From assembly GCA_051362555.1 (NCBI GenBank), contig CM120647.1:17522651-17586650 (forward strand): a stretch of DNA of 64,000 nt, written 5' to 3'. This document shows positions 11,601 to 33,210 of the stretch, piece after piece (position 1 is the stretch's first letter; each line of letters begins with the position of its first letter). This DNA is from Lingula anatina (taxonomy: Eukaryota > Animalia > Brachiopoda). The position numbers were made by a program, and so were the translations under genes. The notes under the pieces were generated by a model. That model saw only the letters and a program-made list of their open reading frames with translations. It made no database searches and was not told where the DNA came from.

Positions 11601-13195
11601 CGCCCTTTGTGTGGAACTCATACCACAGAGTGTATAATTATCTTGGTGACCAACATGTAGTAAGTGCCTCTGCCGTGGCTGGAGTGAGAAAAGCTGTGTT
11701 GACACTGCTGTTTTGTTGAAATCACATTTTTATACTGGCATTTTGAGTGGTATCGAAGTTGAAGAACTATGTAGATTTGTAATTTCAGTTGCAGTTGATA
11801 TTTGAATACCGTGCTTGCAATTTGCTGAATTTGCTGGAGTTGCAGTTGAAATGTTATAAGAGTTTGCAGTTTGCTGTAACAGTTATAATTGAAATACCAT
11901 GCTTGTTATTTGCTGAATCATGAAGTTTAAAGTTGCATTTCAGATGTTAGGTAATTAGGCTTATTTTAACATGTTGCATTCAGATGCACATTTCATGCTG
12001 ACATTTAAGAGTGAGACTGCGTCATTTATCACTGATTTGTGTTTTTACAGTGTGCAGCTGAAATGAAATATCATGCTTTTTTTTGCTGAATTATGAAGAT
12101 TGAGATGAAATACCTAGTATTTGTATTTGATTTGTTGAGAGTGATTCATTTGATTGCAGCTGTGTTTTTTCAGTTATTAAGTTTTTGCATGCAGATTTGC
12201 TTGCTCAGTTTTAAAGCTTTGTTTCGTCTGAAATTTGATATCACAGCCCTGCTTAAGTATAATTGTGACAATATTTGACTTCCCTAATATACAGTTTGTC
12301 AGATATATTAAATTTACTAGTAGTTAGTTTTGTTCCCACTTTTTACTCCTCGGCGGAGTCATTTTATTGTCTATTTTTCTTTCCTATTTTCCCTTTCAAT
12401 TAAAATCATCAACTAAAAATTCATTCAATTTAAGTGAATAGTCTTTGAGACAATATCCATCAATCTTGCAGGGTACAGATTTCCCAACAGATGGCAGCAC
12501 AGTGGGCAGTGATCCAGGAAGTGGGCACTCAAGGGGTGATGGGCGCCCTGATTGGGCCAAGGTGCCAACTGGAGCACCTTTTATGAATAGGTAAGGCAGG
12601 CACCACCATGTTTGGGGTTGAAAATTGTAAAAATCAGGAGAGGTCCCCCCACCCCCCCACCCACACACACACACACATTTTTTAGCATCCGCTCCCATCA
12701 CTCTTTCAGCTTCTTCTCTTTAAAGTGAATCATTTAAAAGACCACGGATATTTCCTCCAGATGAATTTGTAATCTCAAATCCAGACGCCTGATAAAAAAA
12801 GTAAAATATGTTATTTTATGGTGTGATTTTATGTGTTTATTCTATATATTTCCTCCTCAGCATGGTGCACTTGGATGCCTCCCGGAGACCCCCACCAGTC
12901 CTGCCAGTCCCCAGAGTGAAGGCAGTCAGGACTGAGAGAGATACTCCATGTAAAGATCTATTTGTCTTTCTCTCTTGCCTTCCCTCTCTCCCTCCCTCTC
13001 TCACTCACTGTCTACCCCCACCTCTCTCTCTCTTTCCATCCATCCTTCCCTACCCCTCTCTCTCTTTCTCCCTCCATCCAACTTTTCCTCGTTCTTACTC
13101 ATACCGACTGGACAGCATTGTGGCTAGTAACTGTCATCTGTTGTAGACCAAACTGAATACAGTTGTATTGGTATATAAGATCAGAGAGCAGAGAG

Positions 13196-13259
<64 letters not shown>

Positions 13260-13456
13260 AATAAGCCATTTTATATTGCGAAAGGACAAAGCCCAATGTT
13301 TAACTGATATGAACAACTTTCATTCCAGCCTCCCCATTATTTGAACAGCGACCCTGGCAGGTCCCCCGGGGGACGGGCTCAGATGATGAAGCACCTTCAG
13401 ATGAAGAGGATGTCCTCAGATTTGCGAGGAACATTGAAAAATATGAACAGTACTGA
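8619..13456 (+). CDS. FBXO16: F-box only protein 16-like (~413 aa, 9 exons, plus a possible extra 96-nt exon)
   Basis: Exons 8619-8714 (KSSWTPLSNEDHNHQ), 9120-9155 (IFEERRQLVSKW), 9397-9603 (FDKWTDEQR...DFTRVLPRVLSLYLFSFLDPRSLCR, F-box), 9974-10138 (VCWYWKFLAESDEIWMAKC...GLWKKHY), 10350-10621 (PPWKGSDPTPKDTWRYNYLDN), 10954-11083, 12472-12590, 12861-12949, 13329-13456 (TGA). The motifs are collinear with vertebrate FBXO16 (WTPLN, FEERR, WFDKWTD, LPRVLSLYIFSFLDPRSLC, PPW..SD.HP.D..RFNYLDN). Confidence 0.92.
11340..11552. repeat. Intronic minisatellite (~46-48 bp unit, ~4 copies) of a dispersed ctaacacaatt family
   Basis: The unit ctatcacaactaacacaattct(ct)gtctcacctaacacact(ac/tt)ctgtta is repeated in tandem. 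Related degenerate copies lie at ~10140-10270, ~31030-31135 and ~47640-47830. Confidence 0.85.
13199..13255. repeat. (AG)n microsatellite
   Basis: Direct reading. Confidence 0.95.
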
Positions 13457-16294
13457 AGTTTTTTTTTTGTGATTTTTTTCCCACAAGAACATACGCATGT
13501 TTACCACCGACATAAATATCAGCTTGACTTTGTGAAGAGCATTTCAGCAACATATATGAGATAATATTCTGTTATTTCATTGGGACAGTTTCATATTGGC
13601 CATGCTTTATGAATCTGAATGTTTTGTCAATGCTTTTGACAATCTTGTCATCACCATGTTCAATGTTATATTTCACCCAGGTTTGGCATTTCTGCAATTA
13701 TTGGTACTTATTTGTTCTTACTAACAATGTTTATTTCCACAGAAGTCATCTTTCAGAAATATCCAGTATGTTAGCTTTATAATATCAGCTTATTTTTTTT
13801 AATTAAGTCAGTATATTTAACCTCCAAAATAGTTTGTTTACATATCAAGTAAGTAATATTTCTTCAAATTAATATGTTTATTTGCAACCTCATATTTAAA
13901 TGCAGTGCTTTAACTTCTTTTTAACACTGGCATTTCTAAGTGATTATTGTTAGCATCTCTCACATTAGCTTTTATTCCATGTTTTATCTCTATTTTTGTT
14001 TGCATGCACAAGTGTTGTATAATTTTCACTACATGGCTATGTATTTCTCACTTCCTCTTGGTAAAGAAATGCTTTATGTGATTTTTGTTATATAATTAAA
14101 TAATTTGCAATAATTTTCACTTTTTCATTAGTTTAAGCTTTGATGTTTTTCTCAAAAGGAGAAATTTTTCTTCAGTGATATATTTACCTATTGAAAGTTT
14201 ATTTTGTGATTTATTTTATATGCATCTTAATATAGTTTTGGCAAGTGGTTTTATCATTTCTCTTCCACTTTTCTCTCTTGTAAATACTTAAAATTTTGCA
14301 GCTTCTTTTTATCTCAATGGATCACGTGCAAACTTTTTTCTTTCTCACATAATTTAGATCATATCTGACACTTCATGAGTATATAAGGTAAACTTGAAAG
14401 CTTAAATTATATAAAATAAATAATTTTATTTTTGATTTAGTTTTATCTGATGTCAAATAAAACAAGAACTTGTTATCAAACAGTTTTTTATTGGCTTTTT
14501 TATTTTCAGACCAATGGTCAGTAGTTACTGTGAAAAATAAATAGGGTATAATTGTTTCTATTAGATCATTTATAATACATCGAAAGCTTCACCATGATAA
14601 GATATAAAATATTCCACTGGTAGATTATCTGGAGCTTGGTCAGTTACTCTTGTCCCACTGACTGGACTGTATGACCAAGGACATTAAAGCACATTTAGAA
14701 CAGTATCAAGTAATTAACATTTATACAGTATCTTAACTCTAACATTTGAAGTGAATATTTACTCTCTTCAAAATGTGACTACATAGTATGCATTATGTCA
14801 AAAAAAATTAAAAGATGAAAACATTTCACAAACTGAACATTTCTAAGAATTCTTCACTCTACCCATCACAGCACTAAAATTTTACCTTTAAATTAAATTA
14901 AATTAATTTAAATTAATTTAAAATTTTATTTTGGGAGCAACTGAAAATGAGATACAACCAATATAAATCAGATCGGTCACAATATAGCCGTGCTTTTACA
15001 CTTTGCACAGCAAATGAGCAGATTAATTCTTTTGTCTAAATCATCTCTGGCAGTGAAGCTACAGGGGTTTTCACTCTATCTGAAGAAGGTATGGTCTAAT
15101 ATTGATGGGTTTTTCTCTCCCCTATCCTGGCCCTCCCTACTACATACTAGAGGCCAGCTCTGTGACGACATAAATACAATGCAAAAAATCTTGCTGGCTT
15201 ACAGTGAAAAAAAAAATGTCATGAATTATCCAGAGACATCTGTCTTAGTCTCTGAATATCTAGTGAAAAACCAATCTCTGGCCTGGTAAAGTGAACCCCA
15301 GCCAATATATATGATATATATTTTCAACTATTATCAATAATTTTACTCTTGTACATATCATTTTCAGTTGGCGATGCGTAATTAATTAATAGATTATGGT
15401 CAATAGATATTTTTACCTGTGATGTAGATAAAGTATGACTTGATCCAGAAATATGCTGGATAACATTAAAATATAGCATAAACAGTGAGGTTTACACACC
15501 CTTAAACATGACATTGGTGACCCTTAGACACTAAGATTAAGAGGTAGCAGGCAATAAAATATGTAGTGACCATAGAAGCTGACCACAGGACTGACCAATG
15601 ACAAATAATGCTTTCTCCACAAGTTATGTTCTGATGCAATCAGACTAGTATAAGATGACCTTCAACACTAAGATGAACTTCAGAAAAGCAGGAAGTGGTT
15701 ATCTGCCCATGCCTTGACGTTCTGGAGCGCATGCAGCTAGATCTGCAAGAATCACCTTCCAAGTGTGGCCTTGCACTGTGATCTTTTCAAAGGCAGACTC
15801 CCTAGTGTCAAATATGCCACGCTCAGCATTTCAATGCCAAAGTGTCTTCTCTTCAATAACAACAAATTAATAAATATTCTTTCATGATTTTCCCCCTCAG
15901 TGTTTAGCATGCCATAATCATGCTATTTCACTGCAGAAGCACATCAATTTTTTTGTTTTAAAAGCATCCATGGATTACATCTTTATATAAAGTAGAATCT
16001 ACCAACGAAAAGCATTATATTAATTTACTTCATCTCAACAAAGACTTATTCTGGAAGATGACTTTTTGGGGTACCAGCATCAAACTTGCTCATCTTAAAC
16101 AAAGAAGAGGCCATCACAGAAGATTTACATTTCTTCACTATCCAAAATGTTTTTCTACACAAAGATGGTTTCATCCACTCCAGAAACCACCAATAATCAA
16201 TACATAAATTCCTACATTGATTCCTTTTTCAACTGAAGATGTTTTTATCTACAGATAAGTATAGATATAAGGAGACTAAAGACCTGTTCATCTC

Positions 16295-25261
<8,967 letters not shown>

Positions 25262-25664
25262 TTGCAGTGTGATGCTAAGTACGTCACGAATATTGCGGTC
25301 GATGTTTATTATGGGTAAAACGTCATCAATATCAGTTTAAATGGCCTCGGCTGTTTCCGTACTTACCGATTCTAACCGAGAGGTCAACGCTCAGATTCGA
25401 CCTTTGGACTATATTCACGCATTTGTGACATGATCAAGTGGTTGGTATTGAAAGCAAGAGTTTGATTGGTTCGAAATCTGATTGAGAAATATAACCGCCT
25501 TGTTGATTTGTTCAAAGGAAGATATTTTTGGATTTGTTACAAAGCCTAACTATGTCAGATGTGACAGCAGCGTGCGTCTCATAAAATATCATTATTAAAA
25601 ATGTGTGACTGAAAACACGAAACACTCAGATAAGAAAGAATAACTACTCTGTCTACTCAACACG
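25262..25664. promoter_or_regulatory. Bidirectional promoter of WDR48 (-) and the PPDPF-like gene (+), including a probable non-coding first exon
   Basis: WDR48 ATG at 25261. Plus-strand consensus donor acg|gtaagt at ~25664, with a matching acceptor ctctcttacag at 30601. CpG-retaining. Inverted CCAAT (gattggtt, ~25464) and a TACGTCA CRE-like site (~25280). Confidence 0.55.
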
Positions 25665-27886
25665 GTAAGTAAAGAAAATAATCATCTCAGTAATGTTTGT
25701 TTGGGTGAGTATTTGATGGTGAATTTTTAAACGGTGAAAATTGAACGGATCGGCGTAACGTAGAGAGACAGACATGCTGTACTTTCAGCTAGTACTCTAG
25801 TTGATTGTGATATATGTATTTTATCGTCTCTAAGATAAATAAACACTTACCATGTGCTTTTCACGTGTTTAAAATCGGGGGGAAAGGTATCAGCCTCAAG
25901 TTTATCGGAAAATATGCTATAAGAAACTGTTTAACAAAGTGATGATCATAATTGTTCTTAATGATAATTAATGATAATTATGACATCAACTGGAAACGGA
26001 AGAGATATAATCCTGTCCTATTAACTCAAATGATGTCGTCATGATAAATTACTTTTATTATAAGATGTCTGGATTCTTATCAAGCAACAATGGTCGTCAG
26101 CTGATTGTCGTGCCAAAGGAATAATTGATATAGTGACCTTGATTAAGCCGTTTAAGGTAGCTCGGTTCAGTGTTTTATTGTTTATTGTCCCTTTTGTCTG
26201 GGGAAGTGTATATTGTGACTGTATGTGCTAATAATAACTTTGCTGACAGGAAACCGTGCCCCTTGTTTTGATGTAAACTTGTATAACCTTGCATGACTAA
26301 GACCTAAGTGGATTTTATTCAGGTAATGAAGGGGAAAACTGTCGACAACAAAAGGGCTTGGTAAGGCAAGAATGGCAGTGCCATGTCAGAATTCTATTGT
26401 TGACTACAGTATAAAATCAAAGGTTAAACAAATGAAAATAAATTGCTGCCATTTCTTTTAGATATTTCTAAAAGAGAAAAAGTAACTTACAATGGCAAAA
26501 TGCTCCGTTGATTTGGCTCTGATGGTAAAGAAAAATAAAGATAGGCTAAAGAATATTGAAACAAAGAGACTATGACTATATACAGCACTTTTAAAATGAA
26601 AAAGAATAAAGCAGCATATCTTCTTCCTGTACCTTTTTTTGATCCAAACAGCAGGCTTATTTTGAGATGCCAGCATTGCGAGGTAAACAAAGTTATTTAT
26701 GGCAGTGGTCAGTTACATAAGTAACCAGTCAAGCGGTCAGCAGGGCTGTCAGGTATACTCCTATCATACCCCTGTTGTCCAGTAGATAACTTTGTTAACA
26801 GCTGTATACAAGTCTTAGTAAAACAGGGCATTACACAGTCTGACACGCATCCAGGTATGGTATACAGGGAGTTTTTTCTTGCATATGAGTCATTTTATGA
26901 ACATCATATTCCCCTTCACTAAGCCTTTTATCTCTGATTGTAAAACTATTTTTACCAAAATGAGATCAAGGGGGGTTTATATATGAGGTGCAGGTGATGA
27001 AATTTTTTTCTTGTCATAAGAAATAAAGCAAGTAGGGAAAACACAAGTTGAAAGTGGCAGCTCTCCATTATAAGAGAAAGACTGTCTGTAGATTATTTGT
27101 TAGCTGGAAAGCTTTCATATATATTTTATACAGATACATGTAGGAGAGCATTGCACTTATATACTGGTATACACCATGTAGCTAGAATTTCTTAAGCAGC
27201 ATGTACCACTTATTTTTTTGAAGAAATATATTGATTCAGCAGAGTTCTTCGGATTTAGAAAGTAGCCATCATGCTCGTCTGTGTTTAAAAAAAACAGTAC
27301 AGTTTTAGGTTAATTCTTATGTTTATTGATATTAGGAGCTGAGAGATTAGCTGATGAATAATATCTACAATGCAGTGCCATGTGATAAGCTCCACATAGC
27401 CATATAGCACATCCAGGGTACTGTTACAAAATGCTGCTATAATGCCATAGTGCACACAGCTTGGTTGTTAGGTAACACCACACTCCCATATTGCACTGGT
27501 AGACCATATAGCTGTCAGCAGGGCACTAGACAGGCAACCTTTTAGCTATAACTTGGTCTTCCTATTGCAGTTTTGGGTAGCAGTTTTTTTCCATTTTTTT
27601 TCCCCTTTCTCTTTTGTATTGGAGCATGGGGAAACCTAGATGGCCAATCTCTGTTAGAAATTTTATTTGGTGTTTTTATTATTTCAAAATTCTGGTTGAT
27701 TAGAAAGCCCTGATAGCTGCTAAATTATTCAGTATGTGCCCTGGGATTCTCCTTGAATTATTGCCAGGGCAGTCAGGTTCTCAAATTACACTGGACAGCC
27801 TTGTAGTGTGATACAGAGTTCCTGTTTCCTGATTTAGATGCCTGTTAGCCTCACCTTTGTACTGAAATACTTAGTGAGTTGATTTT

Positions 27887-28439
27887 TACCCCGTTCACAC
27901 TACGCTCAGTTATCCGGATAAGTTGCGAATTAGGTCACAATTCGAATAAATGCCGTAGTGTGAACGCAAGAGGATTTTGAAAATGCGCATTTTCAAAATC
28001 CTGCAAGCGAGGTGGATTTCTAAGCGCGATCCGGATAACTTACCGGAATCGACACCTGTACAGATCTTACTGCGCACGTGTGCAGATAAGTGCGGGTATC
28101 TATGAACGCTGGTTTATTACTTTAGCGATTGCACCAAACGTATTTGGAGGTCACCACTCACTACAACATGAGGAAACAAACTTATTTTGCCACCCTATAC
28201 TTCTCAAGAATGCTGGAATGTCTTTTGAGTTGCATTTGTCGTCACAAATTTTTGTTGATATTTTAAGATTTCCTGTGCGGCGCATGCGCGAGTGTTCAAA
28301 ACAGGAAGTTAAATCTGAAATTTTCAACGTGGGATTCGGATTCGCTTAGCGAGTGTGAACGCAATACCGAATCGGATTCCTTATGAAAAATCCGAATTAT
28401 AGAAATGCGCATTTTGGCAACTGTAGTGTGAATGGGGTA
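27887..28439. mobile_element. PIF/Harbinger-like MITE (~550 bp)
   Basis: TIRs taccccgttcacactac ... gtagtgtgaatggggta. Internal subterminal gtgtgaacgcaa repeats. Perfect internal 32-bp palindrome at 27971-28002. CpG-rich within a CpG-poor intron. Confidence 0.78.
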
Positions 28440-29420
28440 TTTGATTGGGGACTGGAACTGTGCTTCCTTTCTCTCTCTCTCTCTCCCCCCCCCCCCCCTT
28501 CAATCATCTACCAGGGTGGCAGATTGATTTTTCACAGATATGTCTCTAGATAAATGGACAGTCATTTGGCTCTGTGTCACCCTGAGACGAAATCTCAAGG
28601 CTGATTACATGGCTAGTAATTGTTTGCATAACTGCTCAGGCACTGCCACTTGACATGTCCAAGCTAAGCCCCCTTGACAGCAATTAAGACAGTTAATTGC
28701 TCTGACATTAATCACTTGCTCTTCTGTGACAGATGAAAATAGCCCCTTATGAATAGCTTGTCACTTCAGAGTGAGGCTAACTGGGGAATCCCTTGTAGAA
28801 TTTGTTGAGGTATAAATATTGATGCACTAAATAATTTTATAAGAAGAACAGAGAGTCAACACACCACTGGCAATGATATTATGAAATCAAATTGATGTTG
28901 TACGATGAACGCACATCGAACATCAACACAGCACTTTGTAGTTCTACTATCTTTGAAGACCAATTTACAGCATATATATATCATATCTGTGGGAGAAGTT
29001 TTACAAGGAGTCTATAACAAGTAAGTCATCTAAAAGTCAAATTGGAGCTTTGGCATTGCACCAAAAAACAAAACCTCCAGGAATTGATTGTTAGAACGTC
29101 TTGTTCTTTTTGGACAAAACAACTGATGTGACAGCCACCATACGGAATTCTGGGATACAGCTTGTGCACAATTTCAGTGAATCCCTTCCAACCAAATGGC
29201 TAGTTTTAGCAGACTGCAGGGTTTGAGACAAATGAGCAGTTATAATATCGACACAAAGCTCAGCTCCTGCAGAGTGCGTACAATGCCATCTGCACGCACT
29301 CACGCAGGCAGATTTAATTGCTTCCATCTGGCTAAAAGTCATGGTAGCTTTTCCTCTTTTTTCCCCATATAATCTGCCACCCTGGTAGAGACCCCCCCCC
29401 CCCCCCAACCCCACCCCACT

Positions 29421-29590
29421 CAGGGGCGGATCCAGAGATATTTTCTGAGAATCTTCCCAATTATCTCTGTTGATCCATCCTCCATTTTTGACCGTTTTCC
29501 GACAGAAAAAAATAAGATACCCGTCAATGTAAACTTGAAAATCTAGGCCGTCTTCCCGAAGACCCAGAAGACGGCCTAAATCCGCCCCTG
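29421..29590. mobile_element. hAT-like MITE (~170 bp) with CAGGGGCGGAT TIRs
   Basis: caggggcggat ... atccgcccctg termini, flanked by a direct repeat CCACT. Two related copies at 23220-23392 and 35879-36045. Confidence 0.8.
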
Positions 29591-30654
29591 CCACTACAAT
29601 TTACTTCTGCCCAGCTATGCAAGGATCCAATAGTCCAAAACAACCCAAACATAAGCACTCCCAGATGTCGCAAGTTCAGTGTTAGATATAGAATAAGGTA
29701 ACCTACAAGTGTACTAAACATATGATAAGATAACCTACAATTGTACTGAACATACACAGAGAGCCAAGGGCACTGTTCAAGACCTCTTGACAATCTGTTT
29801 ATCTAGGTCATGTAGCTAAGAATAGTAATATATTAAACAATTCAAGATTAAGATTCACAGCACAGTCAACAGTATCATGTATTTGTTTAGTTAAATGTTG
29901 CTGTTTTGCACAGAACCAGTTGAGTCCAGACAGTCTAGATAAAGTGGGTGGAGGAGGTGAGTTCAGATAGGAAAAAGGGGTTGTTTTGTGCCAGCTTTTA
30001 TAGAAGGCTGGGAGTTGAGCTAATGTCATCTAGTCTTTGTTTCAGTCCAGGTAAGACAGATGTATATTTGTGAGATGAAGCACCCCTTTGAATCAATGAA
30101 CTGTAACTGTAGTGCTTCATATAACAATAGTTATCAATGTAAAAGATTACTTTGTACTTTCATTAAAGGGAACACAAATACATTATTTTTGTTGATGCAT
30201 TTGAAGTGGAATATCTTTTAGCGAAAAAGTTTTTCTTTTCTCCCTGAATAAAAGATGATTGCAAAAGTTACAGAAGGCCAGTAAATGCCATCTAGGCACC
30301 CCTAGCAGGCAGGCATTTACTGTGCAAAGCTAGCTTGTTTGAGGTTACATTACTCACTAAAATGAGGTTATGCAATATGTGTTATGCATACTAGTCTTAG
30401 TATCAAGGTTATAACAGTTGCTTGTTTGTATTTTTAGTTGATTCTGGGTGGTGTACAAGTGAATCCACCTAAAGTTTTTTTTTTTTTTTTTATTATTTTC
30501 CTTTAGAAAAAAAAGGTAAAATTGAGTACTGTTCAAGCCAAGAAAACACATATTACAAATTATACTTTTCTTTCATATTAAATGAGTCGTCTCTCTTACA
30601 GGTTAAAGCTATAGGTATAAGTACACTGGTCAAGTGTAACGCTCACTGTCCAAG

Positions 30655-31633
30655 ATGGCTTCCATCCCGCCCAGTCAGTGCCAGGCCCACAAGATCATGG
30701 CCAGCATGCGCCACCACAATCACCAGCACCATAGTCCTGGCGTCAGCTCCTCCGACAGCAACTTGACACCGCCTGGAAGCCCTAGACGAACAGGTGAGAG
30801 GAATTACCTAATTATTTTGCTGCAAAAGAATGTGGGTTTTCTTTTGACGTCTAAAGTTATGATAATATCCAATTATGTGGCGAGAACTCACTGAGGAAAA
30901 TCCATCCTGTGGAAAACAAAATAGAATTAATTTTTTAAATGAGTGGAAAATAAAAATGAAAAATAAGTTACAAATGAAGATAAACATAATTCTGTTATCA
31001 ATATTTTATGGTGTTCCCTACCATCTCACAACCAGGACTGTGCTGTGTCTCACCTAACACAATTCAGTGTCACAACCCAATGCTGTGTCACATTTAACAC
31101 AGTACTGTGACAGTGTCACATCTTACACAACTATGTGTTGTTTTCCAGGCAGTGATTCCCACTGGGGCTCCTGGTTCTCACTGGACAACATGAAGAAGTA
31201 CATGCCAGTTAAAATCCTTTACAGCTTGTCAAATGGAAAGTAAGTAGATCTATTTAGATAATTTAAGAAATAAAGAAAACCCAAAAGAAGCATAAAGAGA
31301 TAGAAGTAAAAATGCTGAATGCTTACAGCATATTTTACCAGAATTTTTATTATTTTATTTCTCTGTTTTTTTTCCAGTGCCAGAAATGCATTTAACACAG
31401 TTACAAGTATATTCGGATCAGATATTCAGCTTTACAGTAAACCAAATTTTATTTACATTAGAGATTTGGCAACCATTTAAGAACATTATGGTTTCTTCTG
31501 GTATGTCTAGAACTAAATAGTTAAGTGCAATTTTAATTCCAGCCAGCAGCCACTGAAAATTCCCCAAGAGGGCGACACCATTGCCAGCAATTCAACCCTG
31601 GTAACCCAGGACAACAAAAACAACAACCAGTAA
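30655..31633 (+). CDS. PPDPF: Small PPDPF-like protein (pancreatic progenitor cell differentiation and proliferation factor family; ~106 aa)
   Basis: Exons 30655-30793, 31149-31239 and 31543-31633 splice in frame to MASIPPSQCQAHKIMASMRHHNHQHHSPGVSSSDSNLTPPGSPRRTGSDSHWGSWFSLDNMKKYMPVKILYSLSNGNQQPLKIPQEGDTIASNSTLVTQDNKNNNQ*. Order of features resembles vertebrate PPDPF (MAAIPS, Ser-rich SSNSS, PPG.P, HWWASFF) and the length is similar. The gene model is well supported; the family call is from recall. Confidence 0.6.
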
Positions 31634-32460
31634 GAACTCTACGTCACTGCATGACCTTCACCTCCAACTTTGACCTTGAACCTTATTCAGGACAGGAAAT
31701 TCATTGTGAAACTAAATGGAAAGAAGGTGATGAGAAGAGATCTGTATTATAGCGATTAAAAAATCAAAATGGGACATGTTCATTGACATGGACAACGGTT
31801 TTGGGGTTGTGATCCCAAGGTTTTGTTTTCCTGGTGCTAACAATTGAAAGTGAACTTAGAAGAAAAATGCCCACCAGAGAGCTCAGTGTTTTTTGTTTTT
31901 TTTTAAGTAGAAGAGTAACTTTGATTTTCATGGTGGAGGTGATAGTCTGCACCAGTTATTCTAGAAGAGAGAGGTTTCTGCTGCGCAGTGGGAAAATTTC
32001 AACTACAAGAGACTTGGCTGTAAGGACAAAAGGTTCGTATTGAGAGAGAAATCTGCTGTGCAGGTATATTTATATGTTAAATCTGTTGTATGGCAGCAAC
32101 AGCAGGCTATTGTGTTAGAGGAGATTTCAGCTGTGCTGTAACACATTGCAGCAGAGAAGATGAGATATGATTGCATCAGAGAAGACAACTGTTGTACAGT
32201 GGAGGATCTTTGGGTGTTTCCTGCTGCTTTGTAAAAATTTTTATTATTGTGAGGTATTATGTTATACATAGGTCGCTGGACTGTATGAAGGATGTTATAT
32301 TTTTATGTGCTCAAGACAGTTCTCATTCCTTCTAAAGAAAAACAGTCGTTTATGAAGGTTTCCCTCCTTTTATGATGAAAAGAAAATGCATGTTTTTATG
32401 CCCATCTTCTATACTGCATGGTCATCCTCTCTGTTTGTCATTCTCTTCTATGACGTTGAT

Positions 32461-32513
<53 letters not shown>

Positions 32514-33012
32514 GGGGGGGGGGGGAGGTGCATACAAATGACAATATCTTTATGAGGATGCACATCTTGGTTTCCCATTGTAAAAGTGAACAGAGCAGTA
32601 CTGGAAAAATGCACCTGACTTTTTACAGAAACCCTCAACACTTGCATGTTTTATTTAGTTCAAGATATCAGAAAATATATATAACCAAGAGGGAATAGAT
32701 GAAATTTGATAGTTTGCAGCTATCTGTATGACATAATTATCTTAGTGTTATAATGCAATTATTAAGTGTATTGTTAAATTGAGAGAAGCACATTCTGCTA
32801 CCAGATAGCATTACATTATTAATAGTATAGAAGATTAGACAAACTTAATAGGACCTGTTGTGTTGGAATATGTAATCTTTGTTTTCTCAGGTAATATATT
32901 GAGTATACACGTGACCGCTAAGATTTAGAAGTTTTGCTGGGAATATATGTTTGTTGTATATGTATATGCAAAAGTTTACCTTATTTGTGCCCAAATCCTC
33001 ACGTTAACTTAC

Positions 33013-33210
33013 ACCCCATTCTCATAGATTAGATCGACCTACATTGGATCGACCTAACTCCATGGGGGTTCACGCTAAATAGCTGTCAGCCGGGCGGACA
33101 CGAAAGTTAATTACCCCTTATAGCTTGTAGTAGGCGGGGACGGACACTTAAGGCGGATTATCTGACAGTAATCTAGTGAGACTCCCCGCGGTGATAGATC
33201 GATCTAAAAG
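33013..33210. mobile_element. Degenerate copy of the long-TIR MITE family at 39016-39269
   Basis: Begins accccattctcatag...ggatcgacctaactccatgggg, and has an inverted-arm remnant agactccccgcggtgatagatcgatcta. Confidence 0.55.

Noticed and set aside
29091-29594. 167-aa minus-strand ORF
   Set aside because: Runs through a MITE and a poly-G tract; not protein-like.
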